A stretch of DNA of 64,000 nt from an uncultured delta proteobacterium (GCA_963796055.1 CAWCKH010000004.1:480001-544000), one strand, 5' to 3'; numbered from the stretch's first letter, positions 20,140 through 31,063 are shown. Program-made: numbers and translations. Notes: a model not told the origin generated them from the letters alone.

Positions 20140-20250
20140 GCCCTGCTCGGGGGTGGGGGAGAACGCACCCCGTCGCCCACCAACGCGTCGCGGCGTTCCG
20201 GGGGCTTCACCCGATGGCCGCCGCTGGTGATAGTGACGGGTTGCAACCCC

Positions 20251-23200
20251 ATGGAATCGCCCGTCCTCTCGGTGTCCGAGGCCCTTGCCGGCAAGCGCAT
20301 CCTCCTGACGGGGAGCACCGGGTTCCTGGGCAAGGTCACGCTCTCGATGCTCCTCCACCGCTACGGGAGCGTGCTGGGACGCGTCTGGACCCTGGTCCGG
20401 CGCGGCTCGGCGACCAGCGCCGAGGCCCGGTTCGTGGAGAAGGTGGTCCGCAGCGAGCCCTTCCAGCCGCTCCGGGACCACCACGGCGACGAGCAGGCCG
20501 AGGCTTTCGTCCTGGCGCGCTGCGGGGTGCTCGACGGCGACATCACCGAGCCGCTGTTCGGTCTGTCCGACGACGAGCTCCGGATGCTCGCCGGCCAGGT
20601 GGACGTGGTCGTCAACTGCGCCGGCCTGGTCTCTTTCAACCCGCCGCTCGAGGTGGGGCTGAAGATCAACACCTACGGGGTCCGGAACGCGGTCGAGCTG
20701 TGCCAGCGGCTGGGGGTCCCGCTGATCCACGTCTCCACCGCCTTCGTGGTCGGCAACCGGAGCGGGCTGGTCTTCGAGGACGAGGAGATTGCCGGCTACT
20801 TCCCCCGGAAGGGCGAGCTGGACGGGCGTGACTTCACGCTCCAGAGCGAGCTCGACGACGCCGCCCGGCTGGTGAAGCGGCTGCGGGAGCAGGCCGAGGA
20901 CCATGCCCTCACCTCGGAGTTCCGCGCCCGCGCGCTGGAACGACTCGAGGAGGAGGGTCGCGATGGCCGCGACGACAAGACGCTCCGGCTGGCGGTGGGC
21001 CGGGAGCGAAAGCTGTGGCTCAGCCAGAAGCTCACCGAGGCTGGCATGGACCGCGCCCGGAGCTGGGGCTGGCCCAACACCTACACCTATACCAAGTCGC
21101 TCGGTGAGCAGGTCATCGCCGGCGCGCCCGGTCTGAGCTACGCCATCGTCCGCCCGAGCATCGTCGAGAGCGCGCTCCGCTACCCCTTCCCCGGCTGGAA
21201 CGAGGGCTTCACCACCTCGGCGCCGCTGGCCTTCGCCGGCCTGAAGGGCCACCGGCTCATCCCCGCGAACGAGCGAACCATCCTGGACATCATCCCGGTG
21301 GACCTGGTGGCCGGCTCGCTCATCGCCATCACCGCCCGGGCCCTGCACCACCCCGAGCGGCGCGTCTACCAGCAGGCATCGGGCGACTCGAACCCGTTCT
21401 ACGCCCCCCGCTCGGTGGAGCTGGTCGGGCTGTACCGCCGCAAGCACTACCGCGAGCGCGAGACCGGGAGCGCGCTGCTGAACGACGTGAAGAGCCGGCT
21501 CGAGCCGCAGCCGGTGTCCAAGCGCAGCTTCCTCTCCCGCTCCGCCCCGCTCTTCGCCACCGGCGCCCGTCTCCTGCGCCAGGGCATCGAGGATCACGGG
21601 CCCCGGTGGGGAGCGCCGCGCGTCTCGGCCATGCTGGAACGCGCCAGGGAGCAGCTGGAGCGGGTGGAGGAGCAGGCCTCGTCGCTCTCGGCGCTGATCG
21701 AGCTCTTCCTCCCCTTCCTCTGGGAGAACCGGTACGTCTTCCGCTGCGACAACACCCGCGCGCTGTACGCGGCGATGGACCCCGAGGACGCGGCGAAGAT
21801 CCCCTGGGACCCACACGGCATCGACTGGCGGCGCTACTTCCTGGAGATCCACCTCCCCGGTCTGGAGAGGTGGGTCTTCCCCGGCCTCGAGGAGGAGCGC
21901 GAGCGCCGCAAGGCCATTCACGCCCACCGCGACCTGCTCGAGCTGTTCGACTCCGCGGTGCACACCTACCGGCACCGGGTCGCGTTCCGCCGCGTCGAGG
22001 ACGACCGCGAGGAGCGCTTCACCTACGGCGAGGTGCACCGCTGGGCCGCCCGGGTGGGGAGCTTCCTGCTCCGGAGCGGGGTGAAGCAGGGCGACCGGGT
22101 GCTGCTCATCTCCGAGAACCGCCCCGAGTGGCCCATCGCCTACTTCGGCATCCTCCGCGCCGGCGCCACCGTCGTCCCGGTGGACCCGGCCTCCAGCGAG
22201 TCCGAGGTGGTCAACATCGTGCGCCGCAGCCAGGCGCGGGTGGTGCTCCTCTCCGAGGAGGCGGCGCACGACCTCCCCGGCCTCTGGCGCACGCTCTCCG
22301 GGCAGTCGCTGGAGGTGACCCTGGCCACCCTGGCCCAGGCGATGGAGGGCGACGTCGGGCAGCCCGGGCGCATCGGGGCGGTGCGGAAGAGCGCCGCCCC
22401 GGACGACGTGGCCTCGCTCATCTTCACCTCGGGAACCACCGGCACGCCCAAGGGGGTGATGCTCACCCACCGGAACTTCGCCTCGCTGGTGCCGAAGCTC
22501 GCCGCCTCCTTCGACTTCGGGGTAGGCGACGGGCTGCTCTCGGTCCTTCCGCTCCACCACACCTTCGAGTTCTCCGCGGGGCTGCTCACCCCGTTCAGCC
22601 GGGGCGCCGAGGTGACGTACCTCGACGAGCTCACCACCGACCGGCTGGGCGAGGTGCTCGAGTCAGGGCACGTCACCGCAATGATCGGCGTTCCCGCGCT
22701 GTGGACGCTCTTCCACCGCAAGGTGACCCAGGAGCTGGCGGCGAAGCCGGCGCTGGTCGAGCAGGCGATCCGGGCGCTGATGTCCGCCCACGGCTCGCTG
22801 CGAAATCGAAGGAACGTCAACCTGGGCAAGCTGCTGTTCTGGCCGGTGCACAGGAAGTTCGGGGGCCGGATCAAGTTCCTGGTCTCCGGCGGCTCGGCGC
22901 TGCCCGACGAGGTGCACAAGGTCTTCCACGACCTCGGCTTCGACCTGGCCGAGGGGTACGGACTCACCGAGGCGGCGCCGGTGCTCAGTGTCCAGGCGGT
23001 CGGGAACAAGCGCGTGCCCGGGAGCGTGGGGAAGGCGCTCCCCGGCATCGAGCTGCGCATCGACGGCCCGGACAACGAGGGCATCGGCGAGGTGTGCGCG
23101 CGGGGGCCCAACGTGATGGCCGGCTACTTCGCGGACCGCGAGTCCACCGACGCCACCCTGGTCGACGGCTGGCTGCACACCGGCGACCTCGGTCGGCTCG

Positions 23201-24651
23201 AAGCCGACGGGCAGCTCTACCTGGTGGGGCGCAAGAAGGACGTCATCATCGACGCCAACGGGAAGAACGCCTACCCGGACGAGCTGGAGGAGCTCTACGG
23301 GGACCACCCGGCGATCAAGGAGCTGTCGGTGGTCGGTCTTGCGGACGACGCGGGCGGCGAGACGGTGGCCTGCCTCTGCGTGCCCGAATACGGAGAGCGC
23401 CACCGCGAGGACGTACGGGCGGAGCTGGAGGAGCACTTCCGCCGGGTCTCGTCCGAGCTGCCCTTCCATCGGCGCGTCAAGGTGCTGCGCTTCTGGGACG
23501 GCGAGCTGCCCAAGACCAGCACCCGGAAGGTGAAGCGCAAGCTGGTGGTGGACGAGTTGCGGAAGCTGGAGAAGCTCGCCGCATCCGGGGAGAAGGCGCG
23601 GCCCGTCGCGCATGGTGGCTCGACCGACTGGCTCCAGCGGCTGGTGGCCGAGGTCATCGGCAAGCCGGCCAGCGAGGTCCGGCCCGAGTCACGGCTGTCG
23701 GCGGATCTGGGATTCGACTCGCTGATGCTGACCGAGCTCTCGGTGGCGCTCGAGGCCGCTGGCATCGCCCTGCCCGAGGCGGGGGACCTCTCCGGCGTGG
23801 AGACGGTGAAGGACCTGGGGCGCCTGCTGGGAAGCGCCGCGCGGCGTCTGGCCGAGCCGGCCGAGGGCGTTCAGCCGGCGCAGACCGAGGCCGAGCCGGG
23901 AAGCCGGGAGATCCCCGTGCCGGCGCCGGTCGCCACGTTTGGCCGCACCATGCTCGACCTCTGGCAGAAGGCGATGTTCGGCGGGGTGTTCGAGGTGAAG
24001 GTGACCGGCCAGGCCTACGTTCCGCAGAGCGGAAACTTCCTGGTCATCGCCAACCACAGCTCGCACCTGGACATGGGACTGGTGAAGTACGCCCTGGGCG
24101 AGCAGGGCGGCCGGATGGCCTCGCTGGCGGCGCGAGACTACTTCTTCGACACCCCGCTCAAGCGGGCCTGGTTCGAGAACTTCACCAACCTCATCCCCAT
24201 GGACCGCCACGGGAGCCTGCGGGAGTCGCTGCGGCTGGCGGGGGAGGCGCTGCAGAGCGGCTACCACCTGCTCCTGTTCCCCGAGGGGACGCGCTCACCC
24301 GACGGGCAGATGCGCGAGTTCTACCCCACGCTGGGCTACCTCGCGCTGTCGTGTGGGGTGGACATCCTCCCCCTGTACATCCAGGGGGCGTACGAGGCCC
24401 TTCCGAAGGGGAGCATGCTCCCCAGGCAGACGGAGATCTCGGTCCGCATCGGGCCGGCGCTGGGGATCGGCGAGCTGCGGCGCCGCGCCCGGGGGCTCGC
24501 CCGCAGCGAGAGCTATCGCCTGGTGACCCGCATCGCCGAGGAAGCAGTGAAGCGGCTGCGGGAAGGTGAGGTGTTCTGGCTCGAGCCCGACGTGGAGCTG
24601 GCGCCGGCGCCGGTCCGTCCACGGCGCAGCTCGGGCGGGGGACCGAGGTGA
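20251..24651 (+). CDS. elbD: Multifunctional ether-lipid enzyme: acyl-CoA reductase, acyl-CoA synthetase, carrier protein and acyltransferase
   Basis: Reductase: LLTGSTGFLGK, WPNTYTYTK, IVRPSIV. AMP-binding: FTSGTTGTPKG, GYGLTE, WLHTGDLG. Carrier protein: DLGFDSL. PlsC: NHSSHLD, FPEGTRS. This domain order matches myxobacterial ElbD. Confidence 0.88.
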   Translation: MESPVLSVSEALAGKRILLTGSTGFLGKVTLSMLLHRYGSVLGRVWTLVRRGSATSAEARFVEKVVRSEPFQPLRDHHGDEQAEAFVLARCGVLDGDITEPLFGLSDDELRMLAGQVDVVVNCAGLVSFNPPLEVGLKINTYGVRNAVELCQRLGVPLIHVSTAFVVGNRSGLVFEDEEIAGYFPRKGELDGRDFTLQSELDDAARLVKRLREQAEDHALTSEFRARALERLEEEGRDGRDDKTLRLAVGRERKLWLSQKLTEAGMDRARSWGWPNTYTYTKSLGEQVIAGAPGLSYAIVRPSIVESALRYPFPGWNEGFTTSAPLAFAGLKGHRLIPANERTILDIIPVDLVAGSLIAITARALHHPERRVYQQASGDSNPFYAPRSVELVGLYRRKHYRERETGSALLNDVKSRLEPQPVSKRSFLSRSAPLFATGARLLRQGIEDHGPRWGAPRVSAMLERAREQLERVEEQASSLSALIELFLPFLWENRYVFRCDNTRALYAAMDPEDAAKIPWDPHGIDWRRYFLEIHLPGLERWVFPGLEEERERRKAIHAHRDLLELFDSAVHTYRHRVAFRRVEDDREERFTYGEVHRWAARVGSFLLRSGVKQGDRVLLISENRPEWPIAYFGILRAGATVVPVDPASSESEVVNIVRRSQARVVLLSEEAAHDLPGLWRTLSGQSLEVTLATLAQAMEGDVGQPGRIGAVRKSAAPDDVASLIFTSGTTGTPKGVMLTHRNFASLVPKLAASFDFGVGDGLLSVLPLHHTFEFSAGLLTPFSRGAEVTYLDELTTDRLGEVLESGHVTAMIGVPALWTLFHRKVTQELAAKPALVEQAIRALMSAHGSLRNRRNVNLGKLLFWPVHRKFGGRIKFLVSGGSALPDEVHKVFHDLGFDLAEGYGLTEAAPVLSVQAVGNKRVPGSVGKALPGIELRIDGPDNEGIGEVCARGPNVMAGYFADRESTDATLVDGWLHTGDLGRLEADGQLYLVGRKKDVIIDANGKNAYPDELEELYGDHPAIKELSVVGLADDAGGETVACLCVPEYGERHREDVRAELEEHFRRVSSELPFHRRVKVLRFWDGELPKTSTRKVKRKLVVDELRKLEKLAASGEKARPVAHGGSTDWLQRLVAEVIGKPASEVRPESRLSADLGFDSLMLTELSVALEAAGIALPEAGDLSGVETVKDLGRLLGSAARRLAEPAEGVQPAQTEAEPGSREIPVPAPVATFGRTMLDLWQKAMFGGVFEVKVTGQAYVPQSGNFLVIANHSSHLDMGLVKYALGEQGGRMASLAARDYFFDTPLKRAWFENFTNLIPMDRHGSLRESLRLAGEALQSGYHLLLFPEGTRSPDGQMREFYPTLGYLALSCGVDILPLYIQGAYEALPKGSMLPRQTEISVRIGPALGIGELRRRARGLARSESYRLVTRIAEEAVKRLREGEVFWLEPDVELAPAPVRPRRSSGGGPR

Positions 24652-25688
24652 GCGGCGGCCGGAACATCCTGGTCACCGGCGCCACCGGCTTCCTGGGCAA
24701 GGCCGTCGTTCCCCGGCTGGCAGAGGCGGGACATCGGGTCAGGATGCTGGGCCGGAGAACGCCCGGGGCCGAGCTGCTCGCCCACGGCGAGTTCGTCCAG
24801 GGAGACCTCGCCGACCGGGCCGTGCTGAAGCGGGCGCTCGCCGGCATCGACGTGCTGTACCACCTGGCGGGGATGGTCTCGTTCGATCCCGCGGACGGCC
24901 CGGCGATGTACCGGCTGCACGTGGCGGGGACTCGGGGGCTCCTCGAGGAGGTACGGGCACGCGGGGGACTGCAGAGAATGGTGCTCGCCTCGACCAGCGG
25001 GACGATCGCCGTCTCGCGTACCGAACGGGTGGCGACCGAGGAGGACCTTCCGCCGGTCGAGGTGGTGGGCCGCTGGCCGTACTACCTCTCGAAGATCTAC
25101 GAGGAGAAGCTGGTCCTCGAGTTCGCCGGCAAGCACCGGATGCCCGTATTGGTCCTCAACCCCAGCCTGCTGCTCGGACCCGGCGACGAGCGGCTGTCGT
25201 CCACCTGGACGGTGATGAAGTTCCTCCAGCGCGACCTCCCGGCGATGCCCAACGGCGGCATCAGCTTCGTGGACGTGCGGGATGCAGCGGACGTCTTCGT
25301 GGCCGCGCTCGACCGGGGAGAGCCGGGCGGCAAGCACCTGATCGGCGTCAACATGTCGATGTCCGAGTTCTTCGGCCGGCTGGAGCGCCTCTCCGGCGTC
25401 CCCGGGCCGCGGCTCCGGCTCCCCTCGAAGCTCAACGTGGCCGGGGCGAAGCTGCTGGAGAAGCTGGCCGAGGCCCGCGGGCGGGAACCGGCGCTGGACG
25501 CGGCGAGCGTGGACATCGCCGAACACTGGTTCTGGGTGGATGCACGGAAGGCCGAGCGCGAGCTGGGATTCGTGGCCCGCGACCCCCAGGAGACGCTGCG
25601 GGACACGGTGATGGATCTGCTCTCCCGGATGCCGGAGAAGCAGTGGCCCGGGACCAAGGGGCGACTGGCGGCGCTGCGACGGAGCTGA
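24648..25688 (+). CDS. elbE: NAD-dependent epimerase/dehydratase coupled to elbD
   Basis: GTGA overlap with elbD; LVTGATGFLG, YYLSK (YxxxK), SFVDVRD. Symbol assigned from synteny. Confidence 0.75.
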   Translation: MSGGRNILVTGATGFLGKAVVPRLAEAGHRVRMLGRRTPGAELLAHGEFVQGDLADRAVLKRALAGIDVLYHLAGMVSFDPADGPAMYRLHVAGTRGLLEEVRARGGLQRMVLASTSGTIAVSRTERVATEEDLPPVEVVGRWPYYLSKIYEEKLVLEFAGKHRMPVLVLNPSLLLGPGDERLSSTWTVMKFLQRDLPAMPNGGISFVDVRDAADVFVAALDRGEPGGKHLIGVNMSMSEFFGRLERLSGVPGPRLRLPSKLNVAGAKLLEKLAEARGREPALDAASVDIAEHWFWVDARKAERELGFVARDPQETLRDTVMDLLSRMPEKQWPGTKGRLAALRRS

Positions 25689-25697
25689 GCGGCGGGA

Positions 25698-25732
25698 GCG
25701 GGCTCGCGCTCCCCATGAGGGTCCGAGCCCGC
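25698..25732 (+). terminator. GC-rich hairpin after elbE
   Basis: GCGGGCTCG (25698-25706) pairs with CGAGCCCGC (25724-25732); no U-tract. Confidence 0.4.
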
Positions 25733-25864
25733 CAGGGTGTAACCCACCAGCAGCCACTCCCCCACCCCGTCGAAGCCTGGCATCGAGCTGGGCGGACCTT
25801 CATCGACGAGCGGGCGCATCTGGAGAACTCCCGACGTTCGGCGCGTCAGGCTCGCCTTCCATGC

Positions 25865-25880
25865 TGGCACTGCCGGTGCA
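25865..25880 (+). promoter_or_regulatory. sigma54 -24/-12 promoter for microprotein P1
   Basis: TGGCACTGCCGGTGCA = GG-N10-GC, ending 48 nt before ATG 25929. Confidence 0.75.
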
Positions 25881-25928
25881 GCGTCGACCCGCCACACCGG
25901 CTCGTCGCGGGTCGGCGGGGAGACCACC

Positions 25929-26108
25929 ATGCAGGCAGAGTTCTTCGTCGCACCCCGCGCGGTGACCTCCGGCAATCCCGGGTGGCTCCTCGGCGCCGCG
26001 TTGATCCTCTCGTACTTCTTGCTGTCCGCGGCGCTGGTGCAGGACTTCTCCCGCGCCTCGACCCCGCCGCTCGCGGGCGAGATGACCATCCTGGTGCGCG
26101 CGAGGTAG
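25929..26108 (+). CDS. Single-TM microprotein P1 (59 aa)
   Basis: MQAEFFVAPRAVTSGNPGWLLGAALILSYFLLSAALVQDFSRASTPPLAGEMTILVRAR; RBS GGGGAG. Below the ORF-track cutoff; aligns with P2-P4. Confidence 0.75.
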   Translation: MQAEFFVAPRAVTSGNPGWLLGAALILSYFLLSAALVQDFSRASTPPLAGEMTILVRAR

Positions 26109-26127
26109 GGCCTTTGCCCATGGGTCG

Positions 26128-26165
26128 AAGAGGGGTGGCCGGGTCACGGTCGACGTCCCTCTCTT
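26128..26165. terminator. Imperfect hairpin between convergent P1 and P2
   Basis: AAGAGGGG...CCTCTCTT outer stem and TGGCCG/CGGTCG inner stem. Confidence 0.35.
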
Positions 26166-26169
26166 GCCG

Positions 26170-26358
26170 TTACCTGGCCTGCGCGACCTGGGCGATCACC
26201 GTCGGGGCGTCGGTGCTGGTGACCCGGTAGGCGCTGTACAGCGCGCCGTGCCCACCCACCCAGGCGCCGACCAGCACCGCACCGGCAACGAGGATCCCCC
26301 GCCCTCGGGTACGGGCGATCTGTTCGAACGACTTCAGCGAGGTCTGCGAGGTCTTCAT
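26170..26358 (-). CDS. Single-TM microprotein P2 (62 aa)
   Basis: MKTSQTSLKSFEQIARTRGRGILVAGAVLVGAWVGGHGALYSAYRVTSTDAPTVIAQVAQAR; RBS GGAG; aligns with P1, P3 and P4. Confidence 0.72.
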   Translation of the reverse strand: MKTSQTSLKSFEQIARTRGRGILVAGAVLVGAWVGGHGALYSAYRVTSTDAPTVIAQVAQAR

Positions 26359-26416
26359 GACTGTCTCCGGTCGAAGGGTCGGCCGGCTTTCAGCGCCGGC
26401 CACGCGGACACTGAAT

Positions 26417-26432
26417 TGCACCCCCGGGGCCA
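26417..26432 (-). promoter_or_regulatory. sigma54 -24/-12 promoter for P2
   Basis: Minus strand TGGCCCCGGGGGTGCA = GG-N10-GC. Confidence 0.65.
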
Positions 26433-26483
26433 CCCTGGAGGCGCTCCATGTGCTCGATTTCACAGGGCTCTCACCTTGTCCGC

Positions 26484-26532
26484 GTTGCGTCCGGGGTCAC
26501 GGTTCGGGATCGGCCGTTGCGCAGCCGGTCAC
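26484..26532. promoter_or_regulatory. Tandem putative enhancer sites for P2 (also upstream of the activator gene)
   Basis: GTTGC-N7-GTCAC at 26484-26500 and again at 26516-26532 (32 bp apart). Confidence 0.65.
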
Positions 26533-26570
26533 GGCGTCGCCTTGGGGGTGTGGTCCAGGTAGGTTCACGC

Positions 26571-27983
<1,413 letters not shown>

Positions 27984-28035
27984 CGGCGGACACCGACCGA
28001 CCAACACCTTCTCCGCTGTGCAGTCCCGTTCTCGC

Positions 28036-28084
28036 GTTGCCCCGGAAGTTCCATTTCCGGAACGGCCGTCGCCGCTGCCGCAAC
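28036..28084. promoter_or_regulatory. Tandem putative enhancer sites for P3
   Basis: GTTGC-N7-GTTCC at 28036 and GTCGC-N7-GCAAC at 28068 (32 bp apart). Confidence 0.6.
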
Positions 28085-28139
28085 GGCCCTCGGGGAAGGA
28101 CCTCCGTGAAACCCCCGGCAATCACGCTCTCCGGCAACC

Positions 28140-28155
28140 CGGCACGCGCGCTGCA
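28140..28155 (+). promoter_or_regulatory. sigma54 -24/-12 promoter for P3
   Basis: CGGCACGCGCGCTGCA = GG-N10-GC. Confidence 0.72.
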
Positions 28156-28198
28156 GAGCGACCGGGGGCAGGCAATGCCACCCGCAGGAGAGAAGACG

Positions 28199-28363
28199 AT
28201 GCGCGCCCAGACCGAGTCCGTTTCCCCCATCTTCCAGAACTCACGTCGTCGCTCGCCCGGGCTCGTGCTGGGAATCCTCCTGGTGCTTGGCTACTTCGGC
28301 ACCGCGGTGGTTCTCATCCGCGACTACTCGGCGGCCCCGTCGACCTTCGACCAGGTCGCGTAG
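28199..28363 (+). CDS. Single-TM microprotein P3 (54 aa)
   Basis: MRAQTESVSPIFQNSRRRSPGLVLGILLVLGYFGTAVVLIRDYSAAPSTFDQVA; RBS AGGAG. Confidence 0.8.
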   Translation: MRAQTESVSPIFQNSRRRSPGLVLGILLVLGYFGTAVVLIRDYSAAPSTFDQVA

Positions 28364-28399
28364 CGACACGCACCACCGCTGGCGGCATGCCCTCATCGC

Positions 28400-28433
28400 G
28401 CACGGCCCGGGACGACGACGTCTCGGGCCGTGC
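28400..28433 (+). terminator. 15-bp hairpin between P3 and P4
   Basis: GCACGGCCCGGGACG-ACGA-CGTCTCGGGCCGTGC (one G.U pair); no clear U-tract. Confidence 0.55.
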
Positions 28434-28491
28434 AGTGTTCGGCGCAGCCCGTCCCCGCGCGTGCGCACCCCGGACACCTGAGCGACGGCGC

Positions 28492-28541
28492 GTTGCACCG
28501 GACGCCACAGCTGGCACAGGCAGTGTCACTTCCGAAGCAAT
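28492..28541. promoter_or_regulatory. Tandem putative enhancer sites for P4
   Basis: GTTGC-N7-GCCAC at 28492 and GTCAC-N7-GCAAT at 28525 (33 bp apart). Confidence 0.6.
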
Positions 28542-28604
28542 GGACCCTGCCGGCTAGGCTCCTCAAGTGTCCGCAACTCCCGAGGGAAGCGGGGGGTTCG
28601 GGGC

Positions 28605-28620
28605 TGGCATCGCCGCTGCA
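28605..28620 (+). promoter_or_regulatory. sigma54 -24/-12 promoter for P4
   Basis: TGGCATCGCCGCTGCA = GG-N10-GC. Confidence 0.75.
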
Positions 28621-28656
28621 ACATGGCTGGTTCGTCGAGAGACACCGGAGGACGCC

Positions 28657-28833
28657 ATGAAGCCCGAGATCACCAGCTCCAATCCCCAGCTGTTCCGCTC
28701 CTCCCGCCGCTGGAGCCCCATCCCCTTCATCCTCAGCGGCGTGCTCCTCGTCGCCGGGTACGTGGGTGCCAGCGCCGTGCTGATCGACAACTACACCAAC
28801 CACACCGCCCAGGTGGGCGGTCCGAGGGCCTGA
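28657..28833 (+). CDS. Single-TM microprotein P4 (58 aa)
   Basis: MKPEITSSNPQLFRSSRRWSPIPFILSGVLLVAGYVGASAVLIDNYTNHTAQVGGPRA; RBS GGAGG. Confidence 0.8.
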   Translation: MKPEITSSNPQLFRSSRRWSPIPFILSGVLLVAGYVGASAVLIDNYTNHTAQVGGPRA

Positions 28834-29113
28834 ACGGAGAGCGGGAACCTCGGGGGGAACCCCGGAGGCGGCGGAACGAGGCGCAGACCCCTGTCCCCTC
28901 CTGCGCCTGGACTCGTGGGGAGAACCGCCGCACTCCGGGACCCCATTTTTGAAAGCAGCGGCCGGCAACGGCTGCCACCCGAGGCTCGGAGACGACCGCG
29001 ACCGTCTCCGGGCCTCGGCGTCTTTTCGCAGACCCTCGCGGGTTGCACCCGTCCTGCGATGGGTTGGATCCGTTCAAGGCACCAGGGTCGCGGAGACGCC
29101 AACCTTCGTGCCC

Positions 29114-29590
29114 ATGAGATGGCACGCCTGTCTCAGCCTCGGCCTTCTGCCCCTGCTCGCCTGCGGCGGCAGCGATGGTGCCACCATCCCCGCGGTGCTC
29201 TCGGCGACCCTCTCCCCAGATCCGATCGTCGAGGCGCCCTGCCCGCCGACGAGCTGTGGATCGCTCACTGGCCAGACCGAGGCCTCAGCCTCCTTGACGC
29301 TGCGGGAGACCGCTGGCACCGGAGTGATACTGGAGTCGGTCTCGATGACGCTCCGTTCCCAGCCCGCGGGAGCGACCATCGCCGCCGGCTCCTTCCAGGG
29401 AGCCGGACTGGTGCAGCAGTCGGGAGGCTCGGCACGCGTCGACGCCCGTGGCACCCGGACGGTGTCGGTCAGCGTGCACTACGATCAATCGGCAGGAGGT
29501 CATCCGGCGACGCTCAGCGTCACGGCGCTTGGAAGGGACGACGTGGGGCATCCCGTGTCGGCCACCGCCAGCGCCCAGGTGACTCCCTGA
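29114..29590 (+). CDS. Lipoprotein, unknown function (beta-rich)
   Basis: Lipobox LLAC-GG after ATG 29114; Ser/Thr/Val-rich strands. Confidence 0.65.
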   Translation: MRWHACLSLGLLPLLACGGSDGATIPAVLSATLSPDPIVEAPCPPTSCGSLTGQTEASASLTLRETAGTGVILESVSMTLRSQPAGATIAAGSFQGAGLVQQSGGSARVDARGTRTVSVSVHYDQSAGGHPATLSVTALGRDDVGHPVSATASAQVTP

Positions 29591-29636
29591 ACCTGGAGGG
29601 GCGGCACAGGGGCCTGTCCGACCCCGAGGAGCTACG

Positions 29637-30467
29637 ATGGAGGTGAGCATGTCGGCTCCCGTCGTCCCGGTCTCGCAGGGTAGCCCCACCGCCGTGGTCC
29701 GCGAGCTGCGCGGGCTGCGGGCGCTGGTCGCGGACTTCCCTGCCTCGCTCCACCTCCCACGGCACGCGCACGAGCACGCCACCATGGCCGTGGTCCTCTC
29801 GGGAGGTTTTCGCAAGCACCTGGCGAGGAGCGTGCAGGAGTGTGTTCCGGGTTCTCTCGTCACCGAGCCACCCGGCGAACGGCATGCGAACTGGTTCGGC
29901 CCCCGCGGCGCACGGGTGGTGTTGCTCCAGCCGCTGGTGCTCGCCAAGGAGGGCGAGGTGCCCTGGCGCACGCTGTTCGGCCGTCCCCGTGCGGAGATGT
30001 CCCCCTGGTGCGCCGCCCTCGCCCGACGGATCGCCGAGGAGCTCAGCTTCCCGGACAATCTCTCCCCCCTGGCGCTCCACGGCCTGACGCTGGAGCTGCT
30101 CGTCTCGGCCGCGCGGGGGAACCGGCCTGAGGCGCCACGCCGCCCACCGCCCTGGCTCGGGCGCGTGGAGGAGCTGCTCCGCGCGGAATTCGTCCATCCT
30201 CCGTCCATGCGCAGCCTCGCCCGGCAGGCCGGCGTTCACCCGGTTCACCTGGCCCGAGCCTTCCGGAGGCATCACGGCTGCACCGTGGCCAGCCACGTGC
30301 GCAAGCTGCGCGTGGCCTGGGCGCAGGAGCAGCTGCTCCGCCCCGGGGCGTCGATGGCCGATCTCGCGCTCGCGGCGGGATTCGCCGACCAGAGCCACTT
30401 CGCCCGCGTCTTCCGCCGGGTGCTCGGGCTCACCCCGGGGGAGTGGCGGCGCCGCAACGTCGTCTAG
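29637..30467 (+). CDS. AraC-family transcriptional regulator with cupin domain
   Basis: PRHAHEH cupin; LARQAGVHPVHLARAF, LAAGFADQSHFARVFRR..GLTPGEWR. Confidence 0.92.
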   Translation: MEVSMSAPVVPVSQGSPTAVVRELRGLRALVADFPASLHLPRHAHEHATMAVVLSGGFRKHLARSVQECVPGSLVTEPPGERHANWFGPRGARVVLLQPLVLAKEGEVPWRTLFGRPRAEMSPWCAALARRIAEELSFPDNLSPLALHGLTLELLVSAARGNRPEAPRRPPPWLGRVEELLRAEFVHPPSMRSLARQAGVHPVHLARAFRRHHGCTVASHVRKLRVAWAQEQLLRPGASMADLALAAGFADQSHFARVFRRVLGLTPGEWRRRNVV

Positions 30468-31063
30468 TCGTCGTCTTCGCCCGCGCCGACCCCGATGTCT
30501 CCTCGCACCACGTCGAACGGCCCGAACCGGGGCGGGTTGGAGGATCCGCAGAAGGCCTCGTTGGCCGCTTCGTCCCCGAAGCCCGCCAGGGTCGACTGGT
30601 CCGGTCGGCCGAGCGTCCGGTTGTCGATGGCCTGCCACCAGATGAACGAGCCAACGGCGATGCCCGGATCGTCGGTGGCGTCGATCCGCCCGCCGACCTT
30701 GGCCCGGTTCCCCGTGAGGCCGTTGAAGTCGTAGACGCCGGCGCAGGTGAGATGCCCCCCGTAGTGGAAGGTGCTGCCCTCGGCCGCCTCGGTCACCCGG
30801 TACAGGCCCCTCACCGCGCCCGATCGACCCTTGACCGCAACGAACGAGAACCAGGCCACGATGTCGGTGCTGGTCCCGAACACCGACGCGGGGACGACAA
30901 TCCGATCATGGCCCGCGGCCACGAACCGGGCATGCTCCTCGCTCCGGAGCTCGGCGGCCATGGCGGAGAGCTCCGGGTTCGAGGCGACGACGGCCTCGGG
31001 GGGCGCCACTGCCCCGCCGCAGCCCAGCGCAAGCAGACTTCCCAGCAAGACACGGTTCCACAT
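30464..31063 (-). CDS. Lipoprotein, unknown function
   Basis: RBS GGAGGAG; MWNRVLLGSLLALGC lipobox. Confidence 0.7.
   Translation of the reverse strand: MWNRVLLGSLLALGCGGAVAPPEAVVASNPELSAMAAELRSEEHARFVAAGHDRIVVPASVFGTSTDIVAWFSFVAVKGRSGAVRGLYRVTEAAEGSTFHYGGHLTCAGVYDFNGLTGNRAKVGGRIDATDDPGIAVGSFIWWQAIDNRTLGRPDQSTLAGFGDEAANEAFCGSSNPPRFGPFDVVRGDIGVGAGEDDD

Noticed and set aside
19675..22560. N-terminal part of the 1129-aa ORF 19171-22560
   Set aside because: Antisense to elbD; only the last 167 aa (OsmC) look coding.
26449..26465. Possible IHF site between the enhancer pair and the P2 promoter
   Set aside because: Only a partial match to the consensus and not clearly repeated at the other promoters.
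28512..28527. TGGCACAGGCAGTGTC, a second sigma54-like box upstream of P4
   Set aside because: The -12 element is GT rather than GC, and it overlaps the putative enhancer pair.
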